Notes: generated from the letters alone by a model not told the origin. Numbered from the stretch's first letter, positions 21,004-32,113 are shown. The stretch: DNA of 64,000 bases from Cyanobacteria bacterium P01_F01_bin.150 (GCA_039189765.1 JBCCYL010000007.1:92553-156552); one strand, 5' to 3'. Made by a program: numbers and translations.

Positions 21004-22029
21004 TCATCCTTTTAAGCACCACTCAGTGAGTTCGAGCCAAGCAGGAGATTTACATAACGCTTCAGTATCTAAAACCGTGCCCCAGCGTTTGGAAAATTGG
21101 ACAAAGCTTTCAATCCAGAGAATCAGCGTATCGATGGGAGGATGATGGCGATACTGCCATGTTTGTTTAAGATAGTGAATCATTTCGTCAGGATGTCCAG
21201 TGTAGTGGAGATACCAAGCAATCCAAATCCAGGTGGCAAAGCGGGTCTTTTGTTCCCCGCGTCGAATTTCAGGGGGCAGGTCAGAACGAGTAAAAAACTG
21301 ATTGATGACAGCGGCAAGCGATCGCGCCTGGGGCAACCCCTTATGCATCGCACTTTCATTATGTTGACGATAGTAAACCGTTATTTCTTCCAGCCAAGCC
21401 GTTTGACATCCCATCGCCGCTAATCGCAATATTAAATCCGTGTCTTCCGCAGGCGGAAACTGGGGGTTAAAGCCATCTGCTTTTAGCAACCAATCTTTCC
21501 GAAACATCATGGCGCTGGGCAAAACAGGCTTCCACTGCAACCACTGGGCCAAATCCAAATAGGGACAATCGAGCCATGGTTTAACGTCCATCAACGCCTG
21601 ACCTGCCGCATCCACCCGTTGCCAACCGCTGTGCACCATGCCCACATCAGGATTAGCGTCAAAGATCGCTCGCTGGCGCTCTAGCTTGGTTGGGACCAGC
21701 CAATCATCCGCATCTAAAAAGGCAATATACTCTCCTCTCGCTAACTGGATGCCATGATTTCGAGCCACCGCTACCCCCTGGTTCGACTGACGGACATAGC
21801 GAATGCGCTGTGAGCGATCTGGCAAATTGCGTTGCGATCGCCCTGTTTCATATTGTTTCTCCATCTGCTCCATGACGCGAACCGTATTATCAGTTGATCC
21901 ATCGTCAATCACAATTAGTTCATAGTCTTCAATGGTTTGGGCAAATACACTATCCATTGCTTGGAAAAGATAGCGATCGCAGTTGTAGGTTGGAATGATA
22001 ACGCTAATAGCGGGGGTAACGAACGACAT
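21004..22029 (-). CDS. Glycosyltransferase family 2
   Basis: SVIIPTYN, DDGSTD, ARNHG and FLDADD. Confidence 0.95.
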   Translation of the reverse strand: MSFVTPAISVIIPTYNCDRYLFQAMDSVFAQTIEDYELIVIDDGSTDNTVRVMEQMEKQYETGRSQRNLPDRSQRIRYVRQSNQGVAVARNHGIQLARGEYIAFLDADDWLVPTKLERQRAIFDANPDVGMVHSGWQRVDAAGQALMDVKPWLDCPYLDLAQWLQWKPVLPSAMMFRKDWLLKADGFNPQFPPAEDTDLILRLAAMGCQTAWLEEITVYYRQHNESAMHKGLPQARSLAAVINQFFTRSDLPPEIRRGEQKTRFATWIWIAWYLHYTGHPDEMIHYLKQTWQYRHHPPIDTLILWIESFVQFSKRWGTVLDTEALCKSPAWLELTEWCLKG

Positions 22030-22289
22030 GGAACGAAAAATGGCACTATCTGGACCGGACGACGCTCATTGATACTGTAGAAAGCTAACATAGCTGACGT
22101 AAACGTGTTCAAACAGCCATTACGATCCCGTTACGATTGGTCCAAGTTTGAATTTAGAGGTTAGAGTACATTTAACTAACCTTTGTGTATGGCTCTTATT
22201 GCCTTATATCTCTCTCTTTTTATATGAACCCCTCTTCCTAGCCAGATTAGGCCATTTCATGCCTTGCAAACGTATGTAATTTTAGACTG

Positions 22290-23591
22290 ATGCCTCAGAA
22301 GACGCCGCCACTCACCCACACCAATGATTCCCTGTCTACCCCTTCGTCTCAGGCTTTAAACGAAGGGGAAACGTCTGTTACGATGTCTAGCGATTTTGGC
22401 CCTTCATCACTCCATATTACAGGCTCTGTCGATCAGGTCATCGCTCATTCTTCATCATCTCGTTTAGATGATACAGATGATGGGATATCGACTTCTTCGT
22501 CTGTCTTGGATTCTCAATCCCTTCTTTCTAAGACTGAGGCATCGGCGGAAGAATTAATGGATTCAGTGTTTGAGGATGTGGATTATATGCTGGACAAGGG
22601 CGTTAGTTTAGTGCCCGCTTCTGCTACTCAATCTTCACCCCAGAAGCAAAATGGGTTAGTTCATCAAACTGAGGCGATCGCGTCTACCCAAGCGAACTCT
22701 AATAGCCTCAAAAACCAAGATGATACGCCTCAACTTGCATCCACCGCAGAATCACTATCGGATCGTTTGGATTCTGCGGTATCCCCCTCTTCAACCGATC
22801 AGGCATGGGGGAGAGCGCTTAAAATTACGATGCCAATCTTTGGGGCCTGTGTCTTTTTGGGGGTCGCTCTTGCCGCTGGATTGGTAATTCACAGCCCGTC
22901 ATCGCCATGGAACCGGGGGGCGATCGCTGATGCTGGTGGCACTAACCCTTCGGATGGCTCAGATGCTGAATTTGCTGGTTATATGCAGCGTGCACTGGAT
23001 ACTATTGCGCGTTCCGAAACCTCAGTCAGTGCTCTGGCCAATGGTTCTGATAATAATGCCAATGGTAGCGGTTCTGACTCTAATGGTCCGGTCGCGACTA
23101 ATCCGTCTTTCCGATCCTCTGGCGTTCCTCAACGGGTCTATATTCCTGTTTACCAGCCTCCTAGTCCATCAGGATCGACCTTGCCTAGTGTGCCGGTGCA
23201 AAGTAGTTTAGACTCTGGTCCAGAGTCTGTATCTAGTACACTTTTGCCAACACCTCCTGAACCTGTTGCATTCTCTCCATCTACAGCGTCATCATCTACT
23301 GTTGCACCTACGGCTTTACCCGCTCCTGTGTCTGCACCTGCGCCTACACCTGCACCCCTCGCTTCCCCCCCCGTGCTTTCCGAACTGAGCCATGACCATG
23401 TGTTGGTGGGTCTATTGCAATTGGGCGATCGCTCCGTCGCGATGTTTGATTTCTCTGAAGGCACCCATCGAGTCAAAGTTGGTGAGCAAATCGGCGACAG
23501 CGGCTGGAGTTTAGTTTCAGTCTCCCAAAACGAAGCGGTCATTCGGCGCAATGGTGATGTGCGCTCGATTTATATCGGCCAAAGTTTCTGA
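22290..23591 (+). CDS. Membrane-anchored protein with Ser/Pro linker and C-terminal GspC/PilP-like beta domain
   Basis: One TM segment. C-terminal LVGLLQLGDRSVAMF...GEQIGDSGWSLVSV...RRNG. Confidence 0.6.
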   Translation: MPQKTPPLTHTNDSLSTPSSQALNEGETSVTMSSDFGPSSLHITGSVDQVIAHSSSSRLDDTDDGISTSSSVLDSQSLLSKTEASAEELMDSVFEDVDYMLDKGVSLVPASATQSSPQKQNGLVHQTEAIASTQANSNSLKNQDDTPQLASTAESLSDRLDSAVSPSSTDQAWGRALKITMPIFGACVFLGVALAAGLVIHSPSSPWNRGAIADAGGTNPSDGSDAEFAGYMQRALDTIARSETSVSALANGSDNNANGSGSDSNGPVATNPSFRSSGVPQRVYIPVYQPPSPSGSTLPSVPVQSSLDSGPESVSSTLLPTPPEPVAFSPSTASSSTVAPTALPAPVSAPAPTPAPLASPPVLSELSHDHVLVGLLQLGDRSVAMFDFSEGTHRVKVGEQIGDSGWSLVSVSQNEAVIRRNGDVRSIYIGQSF

Positions 23592-23599
23592 TATCTAAT

Positions 23600-26500
23600 A
23601 TGGATCTGGTTCTTTGTCATCTTACGGCCGATTTCGATACGTTGGGAGCTGCTGTCGGAGTCTCTCTTCTCAATCCAGGCACCCGAATTGTCCTGGCTGG
23701 AGGGTGCCATCCAACTGTACGAGACTTTTTAGCTCTCCACCGGGGTGAATATGCATTAATTGAACGGCGATCGGTTTCCGAGGATCAAATTCGCTCCATT
23801 ACCGTTGTCGATACTCAGCAGCGCGATCGCCTCGGTTCCATTGCTCTCTGGTTGGATCTTCCCGATTGTACGATCACCGTCTACGATCACCATTCTGATC
23901 TTGATCATCATCGCGGTCAAGACGACAAGAATAAGCGGGCAATGGAGTCCGGAGCCATTGTTGCCCAACACTACCATGTTGCATCGGTCGGGGCTGCTAC
24001 TACTTTGATTGTGGAAGCGTTACAGCATCAACAGGTCATCATTAACTCCATTGAAGCAACCGTTATGGCCTTGGGCATTCATGCCGATACAGGTTCCCTT
24101 ACCTTTGATCACACCACCGTGCGTGATGCAGCGGCATTAACTTGGTTAATGGCCCAGGGCGCTAATCCTAGAGTCATTGCTGAATATGTGGAGCCAGGAT
24201 TATCTCCCGCTCTGCAAGATTTATTGCCTACAGTCTTAACCCATATCCAAGTAAAGTCTTTAGGGGGGATCTCTCTGGCTTGGGTCAAGGTGAGTGTCAA
24301 TGCCCATACTCCCGGTTTATCTAGTCTAACCTCGCGGATTATGGATCTCACCGAGAGCGATGTGCTGATTTTTGCCAGCCATTACCCTTCTGGAGATGGA
24401 ACAAAGATGAGCGTGATTGGGCGATCGCGCAGCGGTAGTTTTGGGACTGCTCATTTAGACGCCATTGATTTGGGGCAAATTTTTCGTGAGCTAGGTGGGG
24501 GAGGTCATGCCAAAGCGGCTGCTGTTACGCTCCACTTTCCCAGCCCCTCAACGTCACTGGCATCATCAAGTCCAAATTTAGTATCAGAGCTAACTCTATC
24601 ATCCGAACTACCAGCATCCGAACTACCAGCATCCGAACTAACCGCAGATACAGCCCTGGAACAGATTTTAACCCAGGTAGAATCCCAACTGCCCTCACCT
24701 GCCAAGGCGCGAACCTTGATGTCCTCTCCCGTCCGGACCATCCGTCCAGATATATCCATCGCGGAAGCCCATCGCATTTTGCTGCGTTATGGCCACTCTG
24801 GCCTATCGGTCGTAGATAGTGATGGACGATTGGTTGGCATTATTTCTCGTCGCGATCTAGACATTGCACTCCACCACAATTTCAGTCATGCCCCTGTTAA
24901 AGGGTTTATGTCTACAAATCTCAAGACCATTGGTCCCGATATGTCGTTACCAGAGATTGAATCGCTGATGGTGACTTACGATATTGGCCGTCTTCCCGTG
25001 CTGGATGGTGATGAAATGGTCGGAATCGTGACGAGGACCGATGTTTTACGTCAGCTACACCAAACCCAGCAAGTCCTGCTTGCTCAACAAACGGATGAGA
25101 ATGGCCCACAATCAGCAGGGTTCTCGCAAATGGGCAAAAAAACAGATGAAAAATCAAGCAATCTTTTGGCCCCATTGGGTTCGATTTCCTCTGAACTTTC
25201 ATCGCTTCAACGGTTTAATCACAATCACCCCCGCCGTGACTGTCCGCTCCCCCAAACCATGACCCAACGATTGCGCGATCGCCTTATTCCTGAACTATGG
25301 GACCTACTGCAATCCGTAGCTCTGGAGGCAGAAACTCGAGGATGGCATTTATACGTAGTGGGTGGGGCTGTCCGTGATCTATTGCTAGCCAAAGACGGTG
25401 ATCCGTTTTTAATTCCTGATGTGGACCTCGTGGTAGACGGTTGCCATCGGCAAGATGAAACGGCGGCTGGGGTTGAATTAGCTAAAGCCCTTCAGAAACA
25501 CTACCCTAATGCTCGACTCCAGGTTCATGGTCGGTTTCAAACCGCTGCCCTACTTTGGCACCATGATCCGGTGCTTAAATCCCTGTGGCTCGATATTGCC
25601 ACGGCCCGGACCGAATTTTATCCTTACCCCGCAGCCAACCCCGAAGTGGAGGCCAGCTCAATTCGTCAAGATCTATATCGTCGTGATTTTACAATTAATG
25701 CCCTCGCTATTCGTCTTACTTCACCCAGGGCAGGGGAATTGCTGGATTTCTTTGGCGGTACATTGGATCTAAAATCCCACCATATTCGAGTTCTACATCC
25801 CAACAGCTTTATTGAAGACCCCACCCGCATTTTTCGCGCTGTTCGGTTTTCTGTGCGTCTGGATTTCAAGATTGAACCTCAAACTCGTCGCTACATTAGA
25901 CATGCGATCGCCAGCGGCATTTATCATCAGGTCCAGACCGAAATGGATGTGGCCCCAGCGCTGCAAACACGACTGCGAAAAGAGTTGCAATATATCCTAG
26001 AGGCACCCTACTGGCGTACCGCTATTCAACTCCTGGCTGACCTCAATGCGCTGCAATGTATTCACGCAGATCTTGCCCTATCTCCAAAAATCTGGTGGCA
26101 GCTGCGCTTGGTCGATCGCTGGCTCAAACGCTTTGACCCAGACAGCCAATTAGCCCACTGGCTAGTTCTGCTTGAAGTCGTTATTTCCCACCTCGACGAC
26201 CCTTACCCCAAAACCATCGCAGAGAATCTCCAGCTTCCCACCGACAGCATTCGCCGTCTTAGTCAGTTCAAAGCCATTTATAAAGATCTGCACCAGACTC
26301 TTATGTCATCAACTGCTGACCCAACCCCCAATCCCATAACGCCTCCCTCCAACCCCCCCGCTCCCCCGCCCCTCCGCTCCCCCGCTCCCCCGCTTCCCCC
26401 CAGCGCCATCACTACCTATCTCAAACCCTACGACCGCTCAACCCTCATCCTCGTTGGGGTCAGGAGCGATCGCCCTTTGCGTCGGCTTATTTGGAAATAT

Positions 26501-26683
26501 TTGGCCCATTGGTCCCATGTAAAAGCACCGCTAAACGGTAATGACTTAAAAGAATTAGGATATAAACCAGGGCGTCAGTTCAAATGGATCTTGAATCAGC
26601 TTTTAGCTGCAACCCTGGATGAAAACATTGAAACAGCGGCTGATGCAAAAATATTCCTGACCACTCTGAGGTTGCCTGGTTAA
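23600..26683 (+). CDS. tRNA nucleotidyltransferase (probably A-adding type) with DHH and CBS domains
   Basis: HLTADFD/YDHH/GGGH (DHH/DHHA1), a CBS pair, and VGGAVRD, DVDLVV, RRDFTINA, EDPTRIFRA. Confidence 0.92.
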   Translation: MDLVLCHLTADFDTLGAAVGVSLLNPGTRIVLAGGCHPTVRDFLALHRGEYALIERRSVSEDQIRSITVVDTQQRDRLGSIALWLDLPDCTITVYDHHSDLDHHRGQDDKNKRAMESGAIVAQHYHVASVGAATTLIVEALQHQQVIINSIEATVMALGIHADTGSLTFDHTTVRDAAALTWLMAQGANPRVIAEYVEPGLSPALQDLLPTVLTHIQVKSLGGISLAWVKVSVNAHTPGLSSLTSRIMDLTESDVLIFASHYPSGDGTKMSVIGRSRSGSFGTAHLDAIDLGQIFRELGGGGHAKAAAVTLHFPSPSTSLASSSPNLVSELTLSSELPASELPASELTADTALEQILTQVESQLPSPAKARTLMSSPVRTIRPDISIAEAHRILLRYGHSGLSVVDSDGRLVGIISRRDLDIALHHNFSHAPVKGFMSTNLKTIGPDMSLPEIESLMVTYDIGRLPVLDGDEMVGIVTRTDVLRQLHQTQQVLLAQQTDENGPQSAGFSQMGKKTDEKSSNLLAPLGSISSELSSLQRFNHNHPRRDCPLPQTMTQRLRDRLIPELWDLLQSVALEAETRGWHLYVVGGAVRDLLLAKDGDPFLIPDVDLVVDGCHRQDETAAGVELAKALQKHYPNARLQVHGRFQTAALLWHHDPVLKSLWLDIATARTEFYPYPAANPEVEASSIRQDLYRRDFTINALAIRLTSPRAGELLDFFGGTLDLKSHHIRVLHPNSFIEDPTRIFRAVRFSVRLDFKIEPQTRRYIRHAIASGIYHQVQTEMDVAPALQTRLRKELQYILEAPYWRTAIQLLADLNALQCIHADLALSPKIWWQLRLVDRWLKRFDPDSQLAHWLVLLEVVISHLDDPYPKTIAENLQLPTDSIRRLSQFKAIYKDLHQTLMSSTADPTPNPITPPSNPPAPPPLRSPAPPLPPSAITTYLKPYDRSTLILVGVRSDRPLRRLIWKYLAHWSHVKAPLNGNDLKELGYKPGRQFKWILNQLLAATLDENIETAADAKIFLTTLRLPG

Positions 26684-26884
26684 ACTATTCAGAAACGTAA
26701 GGTGGAACCCAACTATCCAGAAGATCAATAAACGCGAAATTGCATAAATGATCCGACTACACGATAATATGGCTACAATATCTTAAGTAAGTTGAAGTTG
26801 TGTATTTGCCTAAATGATGCTTCAAAGCCCAGAATCATCATTGATGTCTTTAAGCTGTTCTACCCCCATAGCTATTCATAATTT

Positions 26885-28933
26885 ATGACACTAGCAGTTG
26901 GATCACTCCTGCAAGACGACAGATATCAGATCCAAACGGTCTTGAATTCGACGGATGTTGAAATCGCGTATCAGGCGGTTCACACCTATTTGAATCGACC
27001 CGTTATTCTGAAACAGTTGCTTCATGATGATATAGAGTGGGTGGTTTCTGATCCTCCCACTCCTCAGGATGTCATGATTCAGCTATTGCGACTGTCACAG
27101 TGTCAACATCCTTGTTTGGGAGAGGTTCTGGATTGTTTTGAAGAAGATGGTTGGGTTTATTTAGTTTTACCTACAGCCAGTGAGTTAACGATGGCCCAAT
27201 GGCTGCAAGCTAATGGCCCTGTTAAGCCGTTAGACATGCTGGCGCATCTGCGATCGCTTATCGATATTTTCGATAAATTTCATCAGCATGATCTGGTGTA
27301 CGGAAATCTCAGTCCCCAGACGCTTCACTATCGGACTGCAACCAATGAGATGGTGCTTACTGATTTTAGCTGGCGAATGTTTATTACAGATTTGCTTAGC
27401 GATCGCCACCGACTCAATTATTCAAAAATCCTTGATTTACAGCGATTAGCCTATATTGCCTACTGTTTTTTAACGGGTGATTATGGTTTTGTAGATGATG
27501 TTTGGACAGCAACGTTTCATACTCCATTAGAGGGTGAGTTGGAGGAGCAGCAAGACAACATTCGGCACAATATAGGCACTGTGTCCAAATTTCATAGCGT
27601 TTTGCCCAAATTTCATACCATTAGTGCCATTGCCAACCGAGAGGTGGAAGCAGTAATCTCTACAGCCCTTTATCCTCAAACGGCTCAATTGCTTACCCCC
27701 ACAGATTGGTTTATTGCTTTAGAGCATGCTATCTGTTCAGGACAAATGCGTGAAGCTGTTAGTCCCTCTACATCAGAACCATGTAGTTCAATGGTATTTC
27801 CCTCATTGTTGCCCCCAAACTTTAACGTCCCCCACCCATCATCAGGAGAATCAGGAGAACTAGGAGCAAAGGTCTTGACTCAAGCAATCATAGAAGAAGC
27901 CCCCCTGCAAGCAGATTCCTTAGCGAAGGTAGAGGCTTCGGAGTTACCTTTTTCCGAAGTTCATGATGATGGTGTGGCCTCTCAAGTTTATATGGATGAA
28001 GATATAGAGACCAAAGATGGGACTGGTGCTGATAGTAACGCAGACAATATCTATGACACAGCCCTTGATAGTCAACGAAAACAGGAAACTCGTTGGCTAG
28101 GCGTTAAACGGGGATTGCCTCTACTTTTGGGAGCGACATCTGTTGTAGCAGCCATATCTGGAGGGATGGTAGGCTATGTGTTTCGCACCCAGGATATTGA
28201 GCAACTGGAAAAGTCTCCCCTATTTGGGAATGAAATTTTTGGGCGTGAACAAGAATTTCCTCCCTCAGATCAATGGCCGGGATTGAGTCCTCACGCTGAC
28301 GATAGTCCGACTGTTCTGTTTGAACGTTCGACTACGAGTCCGCAAGCGACACAGATTCCTGATAGTAAAGCGGCTGATACCTTTTTCAGTGATAATGGTG
28401 CAGCTAATGAAAGCCCTGCCGCATCTAGAAGACCTGTAGAGGCTGTTCCTTTGGATGGTAATGGGTTAGCGTCTTCTGATGTCATCAGAGATAGGGCGTT
28501 AGAAAATATTGTGCCTTTTCCCAATGCAGAAGACTTAGAGCAAAATCCTCAGATTGAATCAACTGATGGTTTTCCTCGTCAAGAATCTGAGCTGCCTCGA
28601 AAAAGGCCAAAGCCTTCAGAGCAAACTAACATCCAACCGCTTGTTTCACCTTTAGAAAGCCGTATTAATTCCTCTCCTTTCCAATCTGAATCACCACGGG
28701 TGAATGAGTTGCCACCTCTTTCGGAACAATTAACGCCAAGGAGACCATCTTCTGAGCAAACTCCAAGACAGTCTGGCAACGCGCCATTGTCCAATACGGA
28801 AATTTTAGATCGACTCTCTAATCAGCGACCCAAGCCATTAATTACCCCTGTATCGCCTTCTCGACAAGAGCAGGTCCCCGAACATGATGTGACAGATGTT
28901 TCGGATGCTGCGGGGCTATCTAGTGACGTTTAA
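26885..28933 (+). CDS. Ser/Thr kinase-like protein, probably a pseudokinase, with TM and low-complexity tail
   Basis: Kinase fold (VILKQ, CFEEDG) but no Gly loop, YGNLSP in place of HRDxKP and DFS in place of DFG. Confidence 0.7.
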   Translation: MTLAVGSLLQDDRYQIQTVLNSTDVEIAYQAVHTYLNRPVILKQLLHDDIEWVVSDPPTPQDVMIQLLRLSQCQHPCLGEVLDCFEEDGWVYLVLPTASELTMAQWLQANGPVKPLDMLAHLRSLIDIFDKFHQHDLVYGNLSPQTLHYRTATNEMVLTDFSWRMFITDLLSDRHRLNYSKILDLQRLAYIAYCFLTGDYGFVDDVWTATFHTPLEGELEEQQDNIRHNIGTVSKFHSVLPKFHTISAIANREVEAVISTALYPQTAQLLTPTDWFIALEHAICSGQMREAVSPSTSEPCSSMVFPSLLPPNFNVPHPSSGESGELGAKVLTQAIIEEAPLQADSLAKVEASELPFSEVHDDGVASQVYMDEDIETKDGTGADSNADNIYDTALDSQRKQETRWLGVKRGLPLLLGATSVVAAISGGMVGYVFRTQDIEQLEKSPLFGNEIFGREQEFPPSDQWPGLSPHADDSPTVLFERSTTSPQATQIPDSKAADTFFSDNGAANESPAASRRPVEAVPLDGNGLASSDVIRDRALENIVPFPNAEDLEQNPQIESTDGFPRQESELPRKRPKPSEQTNIQPLVSPLESRINSSPFQSESPRVNELPPLSEQLTPRRPSSEQTPRQSGNAPLSNTEILDRLSNQRPKPLITPVSPSRQEQVPEHDVTDVSDAAGLSSDV

Positions 28934-28978
28934 ATGTTGTCATAGATGCCATTTTTTAATGCTGTTTACTCAATAAAA

Positions 28979-29020
28979 TAAAAGCGATCGCCTTCTGACT
29001 GAGAAAAAGCGATCGCTTTT
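28979..29020. terminator. Bidirectional terminator built from two HIP1 sites
   Basis: AAAAGCGATCGC...GCGATCGCTTTT between convergent genes. Confidence 0.6.
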
Positions 29021-29136
29021 AACCTTGTGGCTATCTGGCATAGAGGTCCGCAAATGCTTTAGCTGGACCAAACAACCGGCTCGTGAGGGCACAAGAGGGT
29101 GTCTACAAAAATGCCGAGACCATATGTGGCGAAGGT

Positions 29137-29550
29137 TTATTCAGCAGATTCAGCAGTATCTTCGCCTGTAACAGCATCGACCGCATTATCAATCGCTTCA
29201 CCGGTTGCCTCAGCGGCTCCCTCAACAGCTTCACCAGTTGCATCGACTGCATTGCCAGTCGTTTCTTTAACGCCATCAACAACATCACCCGCAGCATCTT
29301 TAGTGGCATCTACGGCGTCACCCGCAGCATCTTTGGTGGCATCTACGGCGTCACCCGCAGCATCTTTGGTGGCATCTACGGCATCACCAGCGGTGTTAGC
29401 TGCATCTTCCACAACTTCTTGAGTTGCTTCTGCACCGTCTTGAAGCGTCTCAGTTGCATCCTCTGCTTGACTGCATGCACCTAGCGCACCAGCAACAACT
29501 AGACAGGATACAACAGCCAGAGTCTTAATATTTGCAAAAACAGATTTCAT
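29137..29550 (-). CDS. Lipoprotein with LEA-like 11-aa acidic repeats
   Basis: GAGGAG RBS before ATG 29550, lipobox LGAC, and 33-bp repeats encoding DAAGDAVDATK. Confidence 0.8.
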   Translation of the reverse strand: MKSVFANIKTLAVVSCLVVAGALGACSQAEDATETLQDGAEATQEVVEDAANTAGDAVDATKDAAGDAVDATKDAAGDAVDATKDAAGDVVDGVKETTGNAVDATGEAVEGAAEATGEAIDNAVDAVTGEDTAESAE

Positions 29551-29841
29551 TGGGGTTCTCCTCACACAATACGTTTTATTAAAAAGTAGCCTAAGCTACT
29601 CAACTTTGATTTGCATGAAATTCTAGCAAAAAAAAGGAATATGGGCATGGACTCTGCCCCCAGTTAACAGCACATATAAGCAATTCCAATTTGGTGACCA
29701 TGTGCTCATCATTTTTATCGACTGAATTGTAACGATTATCCTAAATACATCGCAAATATATAGTGAAGCCTTGCCTAGATTGGATAAAATTCGAAGGCGA
29801 TTAAATCGCTCAGAATATGTCTATTAAATTCGTTTTAGCGG

Positions 29842-29921
29842 GGGTATCAATTTTAGGTGGGTAGTGGGGGCACAAAGCGCCCCCACTACCGTTAATTTTG
29901 TTTCGCCTTAAAACGAAACCC
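29842..29921 (+). mobile_element. ~80-bp MITE-like repeat, copy A
   Basis: GGGTATCAA..TTTAGG..GGTAGTGGGGGC-loop-GCCCCCACTACC..GTTTCGCCTTAAAACGAAACCC. Flanks GTTTTAGCG / GTTTTAGTG. Confidence 0.7.
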
Positions 29922-30067
29922 GTTTTAGTGCTAAGTAGTCGCGTTGAAGACTGTTTCTGTTAGGGGATAAACACCCCCAAAAGAAGCAATGTTTTAGCGT
30001 GCTCAATAAATCTGTAAACCGCTGTCGTTATCCATTTTATTGATATCAACCAAAGGAGTGAGCCTTA

Positions 30068-30556
30068 ATGTCATCTAAAATTCAGGCCCAAGCCATTAAA
30101 TTTTGGCAAGCTATTGTCAGTGCAGAAACTGCTGGTGCTTACGCGAAAGCGCTAGATGTAACTTGGACCATTCTTAAGGAAGGAGCTATACTCCTGTGGC
30201 TTATTATTTGTTTAGTCCTTGTATTCTTTGATTGGGGCTATGATACAGCCACTGGTGCTGGCCGCAGTGTGAGGGCGTGGTTTGAAGGACTGTCTCAAGC
30301 AGAAAGTACTGACATTGCGTCAGAAACTGGTAAACAGCTAGTAGCAGCGAGTAAAGCAAGCTTATCTTCCACGATTTCTCAGGCGCGGACCCAGCTCGGC
30401 TTACCCGATAAGAAGGGCGAAGTAGCGCCTAATACTCCCTCCTCAGTAGATAGTGCAGCCACACCTGTTGCCACTGTTCCTACATCTACTTCAACATCTA
30501 CGCCAGCATCTACTTCAACATCTTCTGCTTCGCCTTCATCCAGCTCAGAGAAATAA
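30068..30556 (+). CDS. Hypothetical membrane protein with Ser/Thr-rich tail
   Basis: AAGGAG RBS and one TM segment (ILLWLIICLVLVFF). Confidence 0.7.
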   Translation: MSSKIQAQAIKFWQAIVSAETAGAYAKALDVTWTILKEGAILLWLIICLVLVFFDWGYDTATGAGRSVRAWFEGLSQAESTDIASETGKQLVAASKASLSSTISQARTQLGLPDKKGEVAPNTPSSVDSAATPVATVPTSTSTSTPASTSTSSASPSSSSEK

Positions 30557-30766
30557 TGTCGACTTTTAGCGTCGCAAACGGGGTGAGCAACTATGATGTT
30601 CACCCTAAATTGTTAAGTAAGGTAATGACATCCTACAAGCACTACCCATTTCCTCAAAAGCTATTTGCCCAAGGACTATTTCCTCAATCGATACAAAGCT
30701 GAGTAGCTTAAAGGCTTATTACCTGCTTCTCCCTGCATTAACGGCAACTAGTTAGTAGCCCTTTGG

Positions 30767-32113
30767 TTATGTCCTCATCATTTTGGCTACAAAATCAGTG
30801 TATACTTCACCCGCAATAAAGTCAGGGTGCTCTAAAATCCGTTCGTGGAAGCCAATGGTTGTGGGCAACCCCATAATTGCACATTCTCTCAGAGCACGCT
30901 GCATTCGGGCGATCGCGGTCTGTCGATCGGGTCCCCATGCAATAACTTTTCCAATAAGAGAATCATAGTAGGGTGGGATATCATACTCTGTATAAACGTG
31001 GGAATCAACTCGTACTCCCGGTCCGCCAGGCGGAAGGTAGCCACTAATCCGACCAGGGTGGGGACGAAAATCTTTGTCAGGATCTTCTGCATTAATGCGG
31101 CATTCAATGGCATGCCCCTGTAAATTAATCTGGTCTTGAGTCACAGAGAGGCGATCGCCCTGAGCAACTTGAATTTGCTCCCGAATTAGGTCTAACCCCA
31201 CTACCATCTCAGTGACTGGATGCTCAACCTGAATGCGAGTATTCATCTCCATAAAGTAGAAATCGCCTGATTTATCAAGCAGAAATTCTACCGTACCAGC
31301 TCCAACGTAATTGATAGACTTAGCAACTTTAACTGCCGCGTCCCCCATTTTCTGTCGCAGCTCAGGAGTCAAGGCAATGCTGGGTGATTCTTCCAGCAAT
31401 TTTTGGTGCCGTCGCTGGATGGAACAATCCCGTTCACCCAAATGGACTACATTGCCATGACTATCGGCCAATATCTGAAATTCGATATGGCGTGGACATT
31501 CTATAAATTTCTCGACATATACACCAGGATTACCAAAAGCAGCCCCCGCTTCCCCTTGGGCTGCCATAAAAGATTTGATCAAATCTTTTTCTTCTCGGAC
31601 TAAGCGCATCCCGCGTCCCCCACCTCCAGCAGTGGCCTTAATCATTACTGGATAGCCGATTTGCCCTGCCACCCGCAGCGCATCCTTTTCATCCTTCAGA
31701 AGACCATCGCTGCCGGGGACTGTCGGGACTCCAATCCGCTTCATGGTGTCCTTTGCTGTAGATTTGTCACCCATGGCCTGCATGCCTTCTGGAGTCGGAC
31801 CAATAAAGATAATTTGATGGTCTGCACAGATTTCCGCAAATTTGGCGTTCTCTGCTAAAAAACCATAGCCAGGATGAATAGCCGTGGCATTGCAGGTCAG
31901 GGCTGCTGCAATGATATTAGGAATATTGAGGTAACTTTTGGTACTTGGAGGCTCCCCAATGCAAACAGACTCGTCCGCCAATTGAACATGTAGAGCATGG
32001 CGATCGATGGTGGAATGCACTGCAACCGTAGAAATTCCCATTTCTTCACAGGTGCGAAGAATTCTAAGGGCGATCTCGCCTCGGTTGGCAATCAGAATTT
32101 TGGAAAACCGCAT
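30767..32113 (-). CDS. accC: Acetyl-CoA carboxylase biotin carboxylase subunit
   Basis: [36 protein letters not shown] and PPYYDSLI. Confidence 0.98.
   Translation of the reverse strand: MRFSKILIANRGEIALRILRTCEEMGISTVAVHSTIDRHALHVQLADESVCIGEPPSTKSYLNIPNIIAAALTCNATAIHPGYGFLAENAKFAEICADHQIIFIGPTPEGMQAMGDKSTAKDTMKRIGVPTVPGSDGLLKDEKDALRVAGQIGYPVMIKATAGGGGRGMRLVREEKDLIKSFMAAQGEAGAAFGNPGVYVEKFIECPRHIEFQILADSHGNVVHLGERDCSIQRRHQKLLEESPSIALTPELRQKMGDAAVKVAKSINYVGAGTVEFLLDKSGDFYFMEMNTRIQVEHPVTEMVVGLDLIREQIQVAQGDRLSVTQDQINLQGHAIECRINAEDPDKDFRPHPGRISGYLPPGGPGVRVDSHVYTEYDIPPYYDSLIGKVIAWGPDRQTAIARMQRALRECAIMGLPTTIGFHERILEHPDFIAGEVYTDFVAKMMRT

Noticed and set aside
20632..21145. Short ORFs across the CRISPR leader and array
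   Set aside because: They translate repeat and leader sequence and show no protein features.
29083..29484. Plus-strand ORFs over the 33-bp repeats
   Set aside because: These are antisense shadows of the lipoprotein gene, which has an RBS and lipobox.
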